Source of the DNA: Candidatus Cloacimonadota bacterium
GTDB taxonomy: Bacteria > Cloacimonadota > Cloacimonadia > Cloacimonadales > TCS61
Assembly: GCA_021736135.1 (NCBI GenBank)
Contig: JAIPGO010000007.1
Span: 2,589 to 66,588 of the forward strand
Direction: 5' to 3'
DNA length: 64,000 bases
Both the position numbers and the translations under genes were made by a program. Position 1 is the stretch's first letter. Every line of letters starts with the position of its first letter. Below the pieces are notes generated by a model that searched no databases, was not told the origin of the DNA, and saw only the letters and a program-made list of their open reading frames with translations. Below, piece by piece: positions 36,640-47,870 of this stretch.

Positions 36640-38415
36640 ATGGTAAACAGAAAAAGACTGAAAATTCTCATGTTGGTGGCTTTATGTCTGGCAATTGTTC
36701 AATTAATAATTACTTTCAAAGACATGCCACGACCGGAAAGATTTCCATATAAGACTAATTCTGATCAAATCATAAAACCTGCGGCAGCACGATCGGCAAT
36801 AGCTTCTATCCGCTCTCCAAAACAGGAAAACAGGATCGTTGAAAGTAAAGATCCGGGGATTTTCTTTACACTGAAAGATATTGAATGCAGATACTTAGCT
36901 TCTGAAGAACCTGACCTATCTCAAGAAGTGATACTGGATACCACCATTCCCAGCGGAGAAATACTATTAGAAAAATCTGTGATCTATATTGACAATGAAA
37001 ATACTTACTTTCTGGCAAAATGGAAAAGGAACGGTAAAACCATATTATTCAAAATTAATAAATGCGGAAATTATTATCCATACATTAAAACCAGATATTC
37101 AGGACTTAGTGATTTGTTTTTTAAACTTAGTGATACTGAAATAATCCTCAGTATGAATTTCGATTATCTAAGATATTTGGGTTATGGTTACAGCTATAAT
37201 GAATGTAATGAACAGTTTAAGAAAATTTTACTAAATCATACAGAAAACATTGATGATGAAAATCTGTATCAGATTTATCTGAAAACGGATTATAATGAAA
37301 TTGATTCCCTTTTCCAGATTAGAGGAAATGAATTAAAAGATCTGCTGGAATATAGAAATAATAGTACCGATGATGGATACAGTAATAGCAGCGAATTTAA
37401 TCTTACAGAATCCATTGCCTGTAATGATCATATTCCATATAAATTGAAAAGAAATATTCTGGGAAATTACATTTCTTCTTTTTTCACAAATTACCAGGCA
37501 AGCGAAGTAAATAAAAAGAAGTACCTGGATTTCCTCATAAAAATGGTCACCGATTATCCTGATAAACCTTATTCATTATCACGTTATGGAAATGAAATGG
37601 CTCAGTATGCTCTAGAAGAAGCCCTTGACGAGTATCTTGATAAACATTTCACCAGTGGAGAGATAATTGATTTTTGTGACCAGGTAATGGAAATTACAAC
37701 CAATCCCAGGACGGTTTTACTTGCTTATGCCATGAAAACGCATTGTTATCTTGATATGGAAAATAGAGAGAAAGCTGCTGCACTTGCCATCGAAGCTATG
37801 CAATTATATGATGAACAATATAGCGCAAGCGTAGGCGGATGTATTGTAATTACGATAAATTTGAATACTCTGGCAACAGTATCCTGCATCAACTATATCC
37901 TTAAAAGGGAAAAGGATCCGGAACAAACGCTTGAATTTATTGAATTGTTTACCGCTGATTCAACCGGATATCCCGGGTTTCAGAATTATCTTCTTTACGT
38001 AAAAGCCCTGGTGATTGACTGGTTAGATACTCCTCTTGCTGAAGTTATTGCTGCTTATAAAATGGTGACGTTTAAACCTGAATTTTCTTATCATCTGACT
38101 GGGGTCGGCAGATATGCGGAAATTTATAGTTTCGGATACAAAAGTTCTTCGTATTTAATCGAAGAGCTTGAAAAGGAAATAGCCGAAATGGTCACTATAG
38201 ACAAGCCCTTCCTTGCCAAGAAATATCTCATGTCAGATGACATGCAAATCTTCAATGAATCAGGACAGATGGAAGTGACGATTATTCAACATTCTTTACT
38301 CTATAACGAAAAAAGAATACTGGGAAGCAGCGGTGATAAATGGCAGAAAGCAGAAATAAACGGAGATATATACTGGATAAAGATCCAGGAAGAAAACGAG
38401 ATGAAAAGGTATTAG
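36640..38415 (+). CDS. membrane-anchored/exported protein of unknown family, paralog module C
   Basis: IFFTLKDIECRY..PSGEILL, ESIACNDHIPYKLK, WQKAEINGDIYWI. Confidence 0.85.
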   Translation: MVNRKRLKILMLVALCLAIVQLIITFKDMPRPERFPYKTNSDQIIKPAAARSAIASIRSPKQENRIVESKDPGIFFTLKDIECRYLASEEPDLSQEVILDTTIPSGEILLEKSVIYIDNENTYFLAKWKRNGKTILFKINKCGNYYPYIKTRYSGLSDLFFKLSDTEIILSMNFDYLRYLGYGYSYNECNEQFKKILLNHTENIDDENLYQIYLKTDYNEIDSLFQIRGNELKDLLEYRNNSTDDGYSNSSEFNLTESIACNDHIPYKLKRNILGNYISSFFTNYQASEVNKKKYLDFLIKMVTDYPDKPYSLSRYGNEMAQYALEEALDEYLDKHFTSGEIIDFCDQVMEITTNPRTVLLAYAMKTHCYLDMENREKAAALAIEAMQLYDEQYSASVGGCIVITINLNTLATVSCINYILKREKDPEQTLEFIELFTADSTGYPGFQNYLLYVKALVIDWLDTPLAEVIAAYKMVTFKPEFSYHLTGVGRYAEIYSFGYKSSSYLIEELEKEIAEMVTIDKPFLAKKYLMSDDMQIFNESGQMEVTIIQHSLLYNEKRILGSSGDKWQKAEINGDIYWIKIQEENEMKRY

Positions 38416-38416
38416 T

Positions 38417-41400
38417 ATGCAAATCAAGAAAAGACTGACATTATTAATATTTGCAGCAATATGTTTTGCTACAGTAAATTATGGCATATGCTCTTCCAAA
38501 CCACTCAAAAAGTTAATAAGAGAAAGCAGAATTGATGAGAGTTCCTCCCCAATGATTTTCTTGACCAGAGAAGATATTGAATGTAAGTATATAGATATCA
38601 ATAATCCGGATTTATCAGAGGATATTATTTTGAATTCTGTTATCGCTCCAGGAGAACTGCTGATTGAGAAAGCATTGGTAAATAACAATATTGGAAAGCG
38701 TTTCTATATTGCCGAAAAGATTAGTGATGGGAAAACAATATTATTCAAGTTGGAGCATTCTCCAAAGAATCATTCCTATTGCATACTTCCATATTCCTTT
38801 CCAAACAACCTGATTAGTGAGATGAATGCCATTGAATTATTGATCACATTGTATTATAATATTACAAGAAAACCCTTTGATAGAATTACCGATGATTTGA
38901 GAAAGCAGGTTATGATAATTAAAGATGACCTGAAGGAAAATGATACATATAAAATTTACGTGAGACCTGAATCAAAGGAGGAAGGCTACTTTTATAAGCC
39001 GAAAGGGATAATTCTGAAAGAACTGCTCTCCTGTGAGGACGGGACCAATTATCCAAAATATTCTGAGCCAGACATATTCCAGCTAAGAGAATCAATCGCC
39101 CTCAATGAAGATATCCCTTATGAGTTAAGGCGTAATATCATAGGCGATTACATCAGATTTTTCTTAAAACGAGATAAGCAAAACAAGGCAACGAAGGAAA
39201 AATACTTCGACTTTCTATTCAAGCTGGTGGTCGATTATGCTTTCAAGCCTTTTTCTTCCTGGAAAGTTCCGGAAATTGAGCTGGATCAGCATGCCGTGGT
39301 TGCGGCGTTAATGGAATATACCGACGGTGATAATATCAGAGATAATATCACTGCTGATGACCTGATCGATTTTTATGACAGGGTAATAGCAACATCTCAA
39401 AATCCCAAAACCATATTACGGGCTTATGCTGCAAAAACCTATGCCTGTCTTGAACTAAAAGACACAGGTATGGCTAAGGAAATTGCAGCAGAAGCACTGG
39501 AATTATATGATGAGCCCTATACTCAGGAGTATGATGCCGGGATATTAAATGGACTCTCAGCTATATTTTATCTCAGATATTTGATGAGTAATGATATAGA
39601 TCCGGATACCATTTACGCTGAGATCGAATATTTTAACGATATAGGATCCGGGCTGCCGGAATTTCAGAACCATCTGGTTTTTATTAAAGCAATACTCACA
39701 GACCTGACAGCGAATTCTGTGGAAGATGTGATAGAAGCATATTCACATGTTAAACCTGGAACCATAGAAAAGTCAAATTCTAATGACTATTGCAATTATG
39801 CAAGTGGTTTAACTCGAGTGGATAAAGCAGAAGCTGCAATTAAAACTCTCAATAATCAGGTTAGAGATAACATAATACTTAGTAAGCCATTTTCGGCCAA
39901 AAAATATCTCCTGGCAAATGAAGAACTCACTATGAACGAATCTGGACTCATGGATGTAACTATAATCCAGCATGAGATACCAAGTGCTGCCAGAACTATA
40001 GCGCAACATGACAATACTTCCTGGAAGAAGGCAGAGATAAATGGAGAAATATTCTGGATAGATTTTGATTATTCAGAACAATACACCTCGAAACCCTTAA
40101 GTTCTGCTTTGCCGGTAAGTTCAACACACACACAGATACCTGCACCAGTAAAATCACAAACAGAATTAAATCATGATCCCGGGAAGTTTAAACCGAGAAT
40201 TATTGAAGCCCGGACACCACAGATTTTTTTTACATTAAAGGATATTGAATGCAAATATATTACCCCCAATAAACTGGATTTTTCCCAGGATATTATACTT
40301 GATTCGATCATTGCGACGGGTGAAATTTTATTGGAAACATCAGAAGTCAGGGATTACCCGGAAGCAGATTTCTATATAGCCCAGATGAAAACAACCGGTG
40401 AATTTGTATTGTTTTTGGAAAATAAATGTAGAAAATACTACCCATATATAGCAACAGAAGGAGCTGAACTCAGCGGGTATTTTAACGATTTTAATGAAAT
40501 AGAGTTAGCGCATAGCATGTTTTTCTCTCATCTGGATGATTTCGGTACTTCTTTAGGAGGTTCTGATATTTTATTCAGGGATGTATTGCAAATCCTTACA
40601 GATAACATTGACAATGAGCAGGTCTATAAGATATACCTTAAAACAGACAAAAGAGAATCGGGATGTTTGTTTGAGCTGGACGGGATTAACTTAAAGGCTC
40701 TGATGAATATATCAAATATAAGAAATAAAAAAGGACTATACGAAGAAGAGGAATATACTCTAAGAGAATCCATCGCCTGGAATGATGCAATACCTTTTGA
40801 GTTTAAAAGTCATATCCTGGTTGATTACATCAGAACCTATTTTGATTATCATGATGCTGCTGAGCCTGAAATTCAAAAATATCTTGAGGTCCTGATAAAT
40901 ATAGTAACAAATTATTCCCATAAAAAGTGTTCCAGATCAGGCGGAGGAAAAGCAATAGACTTGTCGGCAGTTTTTATGCAGAAGATGAATATTATTATCA
41001 GAACATTCCCGTAGAAAATGTGATTGAGTTTTGCAACACAGTAATTGAAGTTTCAACTAACCCGGAGTGTATTTTACAAGCTTATGCAGTAAAAACGCAA
41101 TGCTGTCTCGAACTGGGAGATCTAAACAAGGCACAAGCTCTGGCAATTGAAGCATTGAATTTGTATGATGAAAAATATCGTGATCCAGAACCGCCTGGTT
41201 CTGTATTCTTGAATGCAAAAGCGGCCAGTTATTACCTTGAATATTTACTGAAAAGCGGAATGGACATTTCTGAGACTGATGCCTGCATTAAGAAGTTAAA
41301 GAAACTGACTAAGTCCATGCCTGAGTTTCATAATTACCTGCTATACATCAAAGCGATGCAGAAAGATTTAACAGCCTGCCCCGTGGAGGACGCAATTGCT

Positions 41401-41808
41401 GCCTATCGAAAGCTAGATCTTGACCCGGAAAATGACAGCTATCTGGTTAAAACAGATAAAAACTCCCAACATAACTATTTTGTAAACGCTGCCAGGAGAG
41501 CAATAAAACAGCTTGAAGATGAGTATGAAGAAGTTGTCACCATGTATAAACCATTTATTGCCAAGAAATACATCATGGCAGAAGAATTACAATTAATGAA
41601 TGAAACAGGACAGATGGATGTGACAATTATCCAGCACTCACTACCTAATTATGAAACGTCATTATTGGGAAGCATTACGCGGAAAAAGAAGAAAAATGAT
41701 TTTGTTCATTCCGGATTATCCTCTACAATAGTATCGAGCAATTCCAATAAATGGCAGAAAGTTGAAATAAATGGTGAAATATACTGGATGCAGATTGCGA
41801 AGGATTAA
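38417..41808 (+). pseudogene. double-module paralog (B'+C' fused through a Ser/Pro/Thr-rich linker), frameshifted at the T5 run 40971-40975
   Basis: ORFs 38417-41014 and 40927-41808 join into DLSAVFYAEDEY if one T is restored, matching DQHAVVAALMEY in the paralogs. Could be an assembly error. Confidence 0.8.
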
Positions 41809-41839
41809 TTTTTCAAAAAGATCAAGACAGGAAAAAAAT

Positions 41840-43527
41840 ATGATAAAAAAAAGCTGGTTTTTAATTATACTTCTTGGATTATTTTTATATTGTAATGCAG
41901 AGCGTTATAAGGATGATCAATACTGGAAATTGAGATTATCGGTGCTTGACTATCTTGAAAATGTTCACAATATTAAAACATTCCGGCAAGAAGGTAATAC
42001 CTTATTCACTTTGCAGGAAATTGAATGTGAATATATTGGAAAAGACACCTTAGCTTCTTTCCAATCTGTCAAATTAGATAAAATCCTTGCTGAAGGTGAA
42101 GTGCTGATATTGTTATCATATTTTGAAGATGTAAGCGGGGAAGGTTACAATGTAGCATTCTTGCCTTATAGTAATGAAGTAGTGATCATCGGGAATCCAG
42201 ACGTTTTATTCGGCTGTTATTCAGAATTTCAGGATAGTAAAACACTGGAACATATGTCAAAGCTTAGTAAGATCGAGTTTCTGCTAAGTACATACCTGAT
42301 GATCCCCCCCAAAAGAGCCGGTTCCGACCGCGAAATAGAAGCTTCCTATTATCTTTTTCTGGAATTGTCGGGAAAAATTATCGCTGAGCTTAATGATGAA
42401 CAAACCTTTACGATCCTTAAATATCCTTATGGTAGCGCTGGAGACACATTACCTGTGATCAAAGGGAAGTATCTGAAAGACATCACGAGTATTATATTAG
42501 ACATTACCTGAAAAGAGATCAAGTGGAGTCATATTTTAAGCTGGTGAAGACAATATCTTATAATGATGAAATTCCTTATGTATTAAAAAAAGAAATGATC
42601 AGCGTTTATATTTATGAATATTTCAGAGTTCACAAAAATTATGAAGCCGTAAAAACCGAATATCTGGATTTTATGCTGAAATTGATTGAAACGTATCCTC
42701 ATGCGAATATCAGTTCCTATGAGCACTCCAGCGAATTAGACCAAAGCATTATGAAAAAGTTAGTTTTTGAGTATAGTTATCAGGGCACAATAACCGGGGA
42801 AGATATTTGTGATTTCTCCCGGAAAGCGATAGAAATAGATAAAAACCATATTGTGACCATAACTGCCTATTATGGTTTAGTTCAATACTATCTTGATATG
42901 GGAGAAATAGAAAAAGCTATTGAAACTGCAGATGCTGCGCTTTTGAAATTTGACTATACTTTGAGCTGGCATTGTTATAAGGCTCAACGTCATATAAACT
43001 CACAACCGGCAATCTTATGCTTTATATATGCCATTAATTATTTTACTGAACCAGAAGAGATACTTTCACTAATCGACCATTTTTACGAGGTCTCAATTTC
43101 TCACCTGGCATTTCAGGAATTCCTGAAACTACTTCGTGCTTATGTAATAGAATTTACTGATAGCTCAATTTACACCGTCATTGATGCCGCCAACGAAGTG
43201 GATGAATCCGTGAGTTCGGAATATGAATTCGCTGATCTGGGAGGAAATTACATTCATGATTATATCTTCTGTAGAAAGAGCTGCTTTATCCAAAAACTTG
43301 AGGATGAAAAGAGGGAGAGAATTATTATAAATGGGTCTGTAAAAGCCAGGAAATACCTGTTTAGTGAACATTCCGAGATTCTTCAACTGATGGCAGATGA
43401 TGAGATTTTTACAGTTCAAAAAGCACCCATCGGAATCAGGTTACGTGATGATCACGAGGAATTCAAAGGCTGGCAGAAAGCGGAAATAAATGGTGATATA
43501 TTCTGGATACAGATCATGCATGAATAA
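41840..43527 (+). pseudogene. paralog module A', frameshifted near 42484
   Basis: Adding one base gives KYLKDIxEYYIRHYLKRDQVESYFKL, which aligns with RYLKEIYEYNFEAHFKKSDLDLYFDL of module A. Signal peptide at 41840; ends WQKAEINGDIFWI. Confidence 0.8.
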
Positions 43528-43540
43528 ATCTGCTGCTGAT

Positions 43541-44767
43541 TCAGAGATTTTTCTTGATCGCCATTTTGGCTACTAATGGTCCAATCAACTCATTAAAAAA
43601 TACACTCATCAAGACGATGTTTATCATTTCTGTTATCTCCATTCTGATATCCGGCGACGCCTGCTGAACTATTGGCGAGCCCTGCACAAATAGAACTAAA
43701 CCGATAGCTACTCCAGCCTGCGGCATTAAGGCAAATCCCATCCAGTTGCTGATGCGGTGGGGCAACTTTAGTAAATGACCTGAGGCGTAGATTCCGCCAT
43801 ATTTACCGGCAGCTCGCAAAATAATCACGATCAAACCTGCTAAAAGAGCCTTGCTGGCTGTGAACATATTCAGATCAAGCTCAGTTCCTGCTATAGTAAA
43901 AAATATGGCATATAAAGGAGGAGTAAGCGGTTTGAGTACGTTCATGATGTGCAGGTTCTTCTCACTCAAGTTCACAAGCAGCATACCTATTGCCATATTT
44001 GAGATCAAGGGTGATAAATTTAATATCAGGCAAATTGAGGTATTCAAAAAAATGATCCCCAGAGATATTATCTCGATTTTTCCCTTATATGGACTATGAT
44101 GTGTACTGAAATGAATAATGAGTGCGCCAATAGCACCACTTATTATGGCAAACAGAATTTCCTTCAAAGCCTGAAATATTCCAGTTAACAAATCAGCTTC
44201 ACTCCCGGAGATCACAGATCCTGATATGGCAAAAACCACAGAAAACAATATAACCGTACCGGCATTATCAAGGGCCACAATGCCAAAAAGATAATCAACG
44301 AATTCCCCTTTGGCACGCAGCTTTTCAACAATTACCACAGTTGCAGCAGGAGCGCTCGCCGCTCCAATTGTTCCCAGCAGAAATGACACATAACTCGATA
44401 ATCCCAAAAGCAGTAACCCTATCGTGATCAGGATAAAAGTCAACATCATCTGAGCTAGCGTCAAAAAGATGATCCGCCTGCCATAGAGCTTCAGCTTGGA
44501 GAAAGAAAATTCACAACCTATGATCACAGCGATAAAGGAAAGGGTAATTTCACTCAAAAGATTAAGCTGCTGCAGGTTTTCATGATGTATCAAGTCTAAT
44601 CCCGCTTCCCCCAGAAGTACTCCGGCAAAAATGTAACCAGTAATTGCAGGTATCTTAATACGTTCAGAAAACTGTCCCAGAATGTAACCCATGATCAATA
44701 ACAGCCCTGTGGAAAATATGATCTGATGAGCAAAGCTGTCTCGAAGCATTTCCAGAATTTGATTCAT
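43541..44767 (-). CDS. cation:proton antiporter (CPA family)
   Basis: Multi-TM; KIPAITGYIFAGVLLG, ASAPAAT, VALDN, RAAGKYGG, PQAGVAIGL. Confidence 0.9.
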   Translation of the reverse strand: MNQILEMLRDSFAHQIIFSTGLLLIMGYILGQFSERIKIPAITGYIFAGVLLGEAGLDLIHHENLQQLNLLSEITLSFIAVIIGCEFSFSKLKLYGRRIIFLTLAQMMLTFILITIGLLLLGLSSYVSFLLGTIGAASAPAATVVIVEKLRAKGEFVDYLFGIVALDNAGTVILFSVVFAISGSVISGSEADLLTGIFQALKEILFAIISGAIGALIIHFSTHHSPYKGKIEIISLGIIFLNTSICLILNLSPLISNMAIGMLLVNLSEKNLHIMNVLKPLTPPLYAIFFTIAGTELDLNMFTASKALLAGLIVIILRAAGKYGGIYASGHLLKLPHRISNWMGFALMPQAGVAIGLVLFVQGSPIVQQASPDIRMEITEMINIVLMSVFFNELIGPLVAKMAIKKNL

Positions 44768-44900
44768 ATCCCTCTTCTTGTGTTTTTAAAAAGAAGATAA
44801 TGCGACATAAACCAAAGTCAATGCAATTATTGTTCAATCGAATGAATCCTGGACTGATACCAGACTATATACACAAAATATCTCAAGTTATAAAGCTTCA

Positions 44901-45006
44901 TGTAGCATAGACGTCTCGTCTGTGTGATCTTTTATGAGCTGCAGAAGTTTACCGCAAATTTCTGCGTTATAAATAGCGGTTCACAGACGGGGACGTCTGT
45001 GCTACA
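44901..45006. repeat. inverted REP doublet (REPIN-like), GTAG family
   Basis: tGTAGcatagacgtctcgtctgtg ... cacagacggggacgtctgtgCTACa; each arm is GTAG plus a short hairpin. Confidence 0.8.
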
Positions 45007-45064
45007 GGAGGATGATAACTACTTTATATGCGAATACTTCAAGCTATAAAGCTAGGTGATAAAT

Positions 45065-45103
45065 AAAAAAGACAGGATGGCTTCAAGCTCATCCTGTCTT
45101 TTA
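45065..45103 (-). terminator. intrinsic terminator after the mrp gene (possibly bidirectional)
   Basis: aaaaaagacaggatg-N10-catcctgtctttt. Confidence 0.8.
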
Positions 45104-45122
45104 TCTAACATTCTATATTATC

Positions 45123-45956
45123 TTACTTTTCTACCGCTGCAATCACTTTCTTGGTGATTTCCTGCATTACTTCCGCGCCTTTGGTTTTACCGAAATCATA
45201 GATATAAGGTCTGCCGGAATCACCGGTTACAACTATATTTGAATCTATGGGAATGCTGCCGAGGATATCCAGTTTAAAATCTGCGGCGGCTTTCTCCACG
45301 CCGGTACCTTTGAAAATGTCGATCATTTCACCACAATGCGGGCAACTGAAAGAACCCATGTTTTCCACGAGTCCAATAACGGGAACGTTGAGCATTTCGG
45401 CAAAACGGATAGATTTACGGGCATCCAGAAGCGCTACATCCTGGGGTGTTGATACGATAATGGCACCATCCATGTTGCCAATTGTCTGAATTGCAGAAAG
45501 CGGTTCATCACCTGTTCCGGGAGGGCAATCTACCACTAAATAATCAAGGTCCGGCCAGTTAATATCTGCTAAAAACTGCTTGATAGCGCCAATTTTCAAA
45601 GGACCACGCCAAATCACGGGATCATCGGGATTCTGCAGCATACTTGCCAAAGTTATAGCATAGAGATTGTTTACTATTTTCAAAGGTTTAGCGCGCACAC
45701 CATCTTCACTTACTTCCAGTCTTTTATTTTCCACACCCAGCATTTTGGCAATGGAAGGTCCGTGGATATCAACATCAAGGATTCCAACTTTCTTTCCCTG
45801 CAAAGCCAAACCGTAAGCAAGGTTAACAGCCACAGTGCTCTTCCCCACTCCGCCTTTGCCACTGATGATCACAATTTTGTGTTTAATGCGGCTGAGATTA
45901 TCTTTTAAATGTTCTTCCTGTAGTACTTTATCGGCTTGAGTATTTTCTGAACTCAT
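45123..45956 (-). CDS. mrp: Mrp/NBP35 Fe-S cluster carrier ATPase
   Basis: SGKGGVGKST, DVDIHGPS, VIWRGP, DCPPGTGDE, VENMGSFSCPHCG; SD GGAGG before MSSEN. Confidence 0.94.
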   Translation of the reverse strand: MSSENTQADKVLQEEHLKDNLSRIKHKIVIISGKGGVGKSTVAVNLAYGLALQGKKVGILDVDIHGPSIAKMLGVENKRLEVSEDGVRAKPLKIVNNLYAITLASMLQNPDDPVIWRGPLKIGAIKQFLADINWPDLDYLVVDCPPGTGDEPLSAIQTIGNMDGAIIVSTPQDVALLDARKSIRFAEMLNVPVIGLVENMGSFSCPHCGEMIDIFKGTGVEKAAADFKLDILGSIPIDSNIVVTGDSGRPYIYDFGKTKGAEVMQEITKKVIAAVEK

Positions 45957-46087
45957 TATATGCCTCCTGTCTTTTATTTTCATTAAAACCGAAATTTGAG
46001 CAGGACTTTTTTGTGTCAAGGTTAAGCATGTTGATTTGCCTTGACGGGAAAAGGGCTGAATTTTGTTTCGCACTGATGGAGGTTGCT

Positions 46088-47035
46088 ATGAAAAAGAAAA
46101 ACTGGCAACGAAGCATTGTACAGTATTTGGGCATTATTGGTGGTGCAATTTTGATGGGAATCGCATATACCTGGTTCCTGGCACCTTATAAAATCGTGCC
46201 TGGTGGAGTAGGAGGTCTTTCTCAAATATTATTTTACAAATTTGATATTCCCCTGGGACTATCCATGCTGATTTTTAATATTCCATTATTTATCATAAGT
46301 TTTATCTTTATGGGCACACGTTTTGGCTGGCGTTCTATTTACGGAATGCTGACTGTATCAATTTTAACAGACCTGGTGAGTCTGCCGAGTCTGCATAAAT
46401 TTGGACTTATCAAGGATTTGGCTGAATACACATATTTATACCAGGGAGAAAAAATATTCTCCATTCTGTCACCAAGTGATATATATTTATCTGCTATAAC
46501 AGGCTCGGTATTGCTGGGTATGGGACTGGGTATTATATTCCGCTTTCGTGGTTCCACCGGTGGTACGGATATTCCGGTGGCGATCATCAAACAGAAAACC
46601 GGGCTTTCCATCGGTACCGGTTACTGGATCGTGGAAACGTTGATCATTCTTACGGTTGGTCTTGTTTTCAGGGATATCAAAATTGTGATCTGGGGTTACG
46701 TGAATCTGTTCATTTCTGCTAAAATGACTGATCTCACTTCCGAAGGTCTCCCCTACGTTAAGGGAGCTTATATTATTTCACCAAAATATGAAGAGATCAA
46801 AGAAGCCATATATGATAAAATCCACCGTGGAGTAACTTATTTCAAAGCCACTGGCGGTTATACAGGTAATGACATCATCGTCCTTTTCTGTGTGATGAAC
46901 CGCAGACAGGTCTCCACCATGCGAGAGCTGGTGAAAGATATTGATCCTAAGGCATTTGTAATCCTCACGGATGTGAATGACGTGATGGGATACGGCTTTA
47001 AAAGCCGCAACCTGGATCTCACCGCCAGCGAATAA
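46088..47035 (+). CDS. YitT-family membrane protein
   Basis: PGGVGGLS, STGGTDI, RGVT...GGYTG, IDPKAFVILTDVNDVMGYGF. Confidence 0.92.
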   Translation: MKKKNWQRSIVQYLGIIGGAILMGIAYTWFLAPYKIVPGGVGGLSQILFYKFDIPLGLSMLIFNIPLFIISFIFMGTRFGWRSIYGMLTVSILTDLVSLPSLHKFGLIKDLAEYTYLYQGEKIFSILSPSDIYLSAITGSVLLGMGLGIIFRFRGSTGGTDIPVAIIKQKTGLSIGTGYWIVETLIILTVGLVFRDIKIVIWGYVNLFISAKMTDLTSEGLPYVKGAYIISPKYEEIKEAIYDKIHRGVTYFKATGGYTGNDIIVLFCVMNRRQVSTMRELVKDIDPKAFVILTDVNDVMGYGFKSRNLDLTASE

Positions 47036-47164
47036 CTTTGGAGTACATTGACCGTGTCAATGTGTTGCGGTGATAGCCGCAAAAAACTGAGCGACTCTAT
47101 CAACTATTCAGAAAATGTAGGATTTCAGGATTTATACTCGACTGCGTCTCGTTGCATTAACCTG

Positions 47165-47839
47165 TTAATGCACTCCAAAAATAATAAAAGAATACTGACG
47201 CTCACTGGTCTGATCACGCCGGTAAGAATAATAGTTATGATCTGAAAAAGTGCAGATCTCCTGATGGAAGATGTGCTCTTTTTTTATGCCGGAATTGATT
47301 AACTGCGCATTTATCACTTTTCTTAGGTCAAGAAAAGGGAAATTCTGAGCTATTCCGGTAGAATCAACAAATTTCTGCCAGATATGTTCATCAACCTGAT
47401 ATTTCTCGCCTGAAATCCCGGGACCAATGGCAGCCTGAATATCTTTTGCACCCAAAGCCTGCATTGCTTGAATGGTTGCCTCGCCAATATTAAGCCGCGT
47501 GCCTTCTCTCCCTGAATGTGCTGCCCCAATAACTTTCTCCAGCGGATCCCAGAAAAGCAGGGGATAACAGTCAGCAGTACGAATTGCCAACGCTATACCC
47601 GACTGAGCAGTAACATAAGCATCTGCCTCTTTACTCAAAAATCCAAATTCTTCAGGAGTGTTGATCGTTATCACATTACAGGAATGCACCTGACGGAGCT
47701 CTGCTAAAATGTTAAATTGCCCCCAACGACTAAGATTTTGAACTAATTTTTCTTTAGTTCCCAATCTATCACCGAAAGAGGCAATTATATATTTAGATCC
47801 AGTATTAACCGGCTGAAAGCCAATTTCTTCACCAATCAC
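47165..47839 (-). CDS. pgeF: PgeF/YfiH polyphenol-oxidase-like (laccase-domain) protein
   Basis: QVHS, ADA, TADCYP, AAHSGREG, IGPGI, YYSYRR. Confidence 0.88.
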   Translation of the reverse strand: MIGEEIGFQPVNTGSKYIIASFGDRLGTKEKLVQNLSRWGQFNILAELRQVHSCNVITINTPEEFGFLSKEADAYVTAQSGIALAIRTADCYPLLFWDPLEKVIGAAHSGREGTRLNIGEATIQAMQALGAKDIQAAIGPGISGEKYQVDEHIWQKFVDSTGIAQNFPFLDLRKVINAQLINSGIKKEHIFHQEICTFSDHNYYSYRRDQTSERQYSFIIFGVH

Positions 47840-47870
47840 GAATCACCATTCACGAATCACGGTTAAAAAT

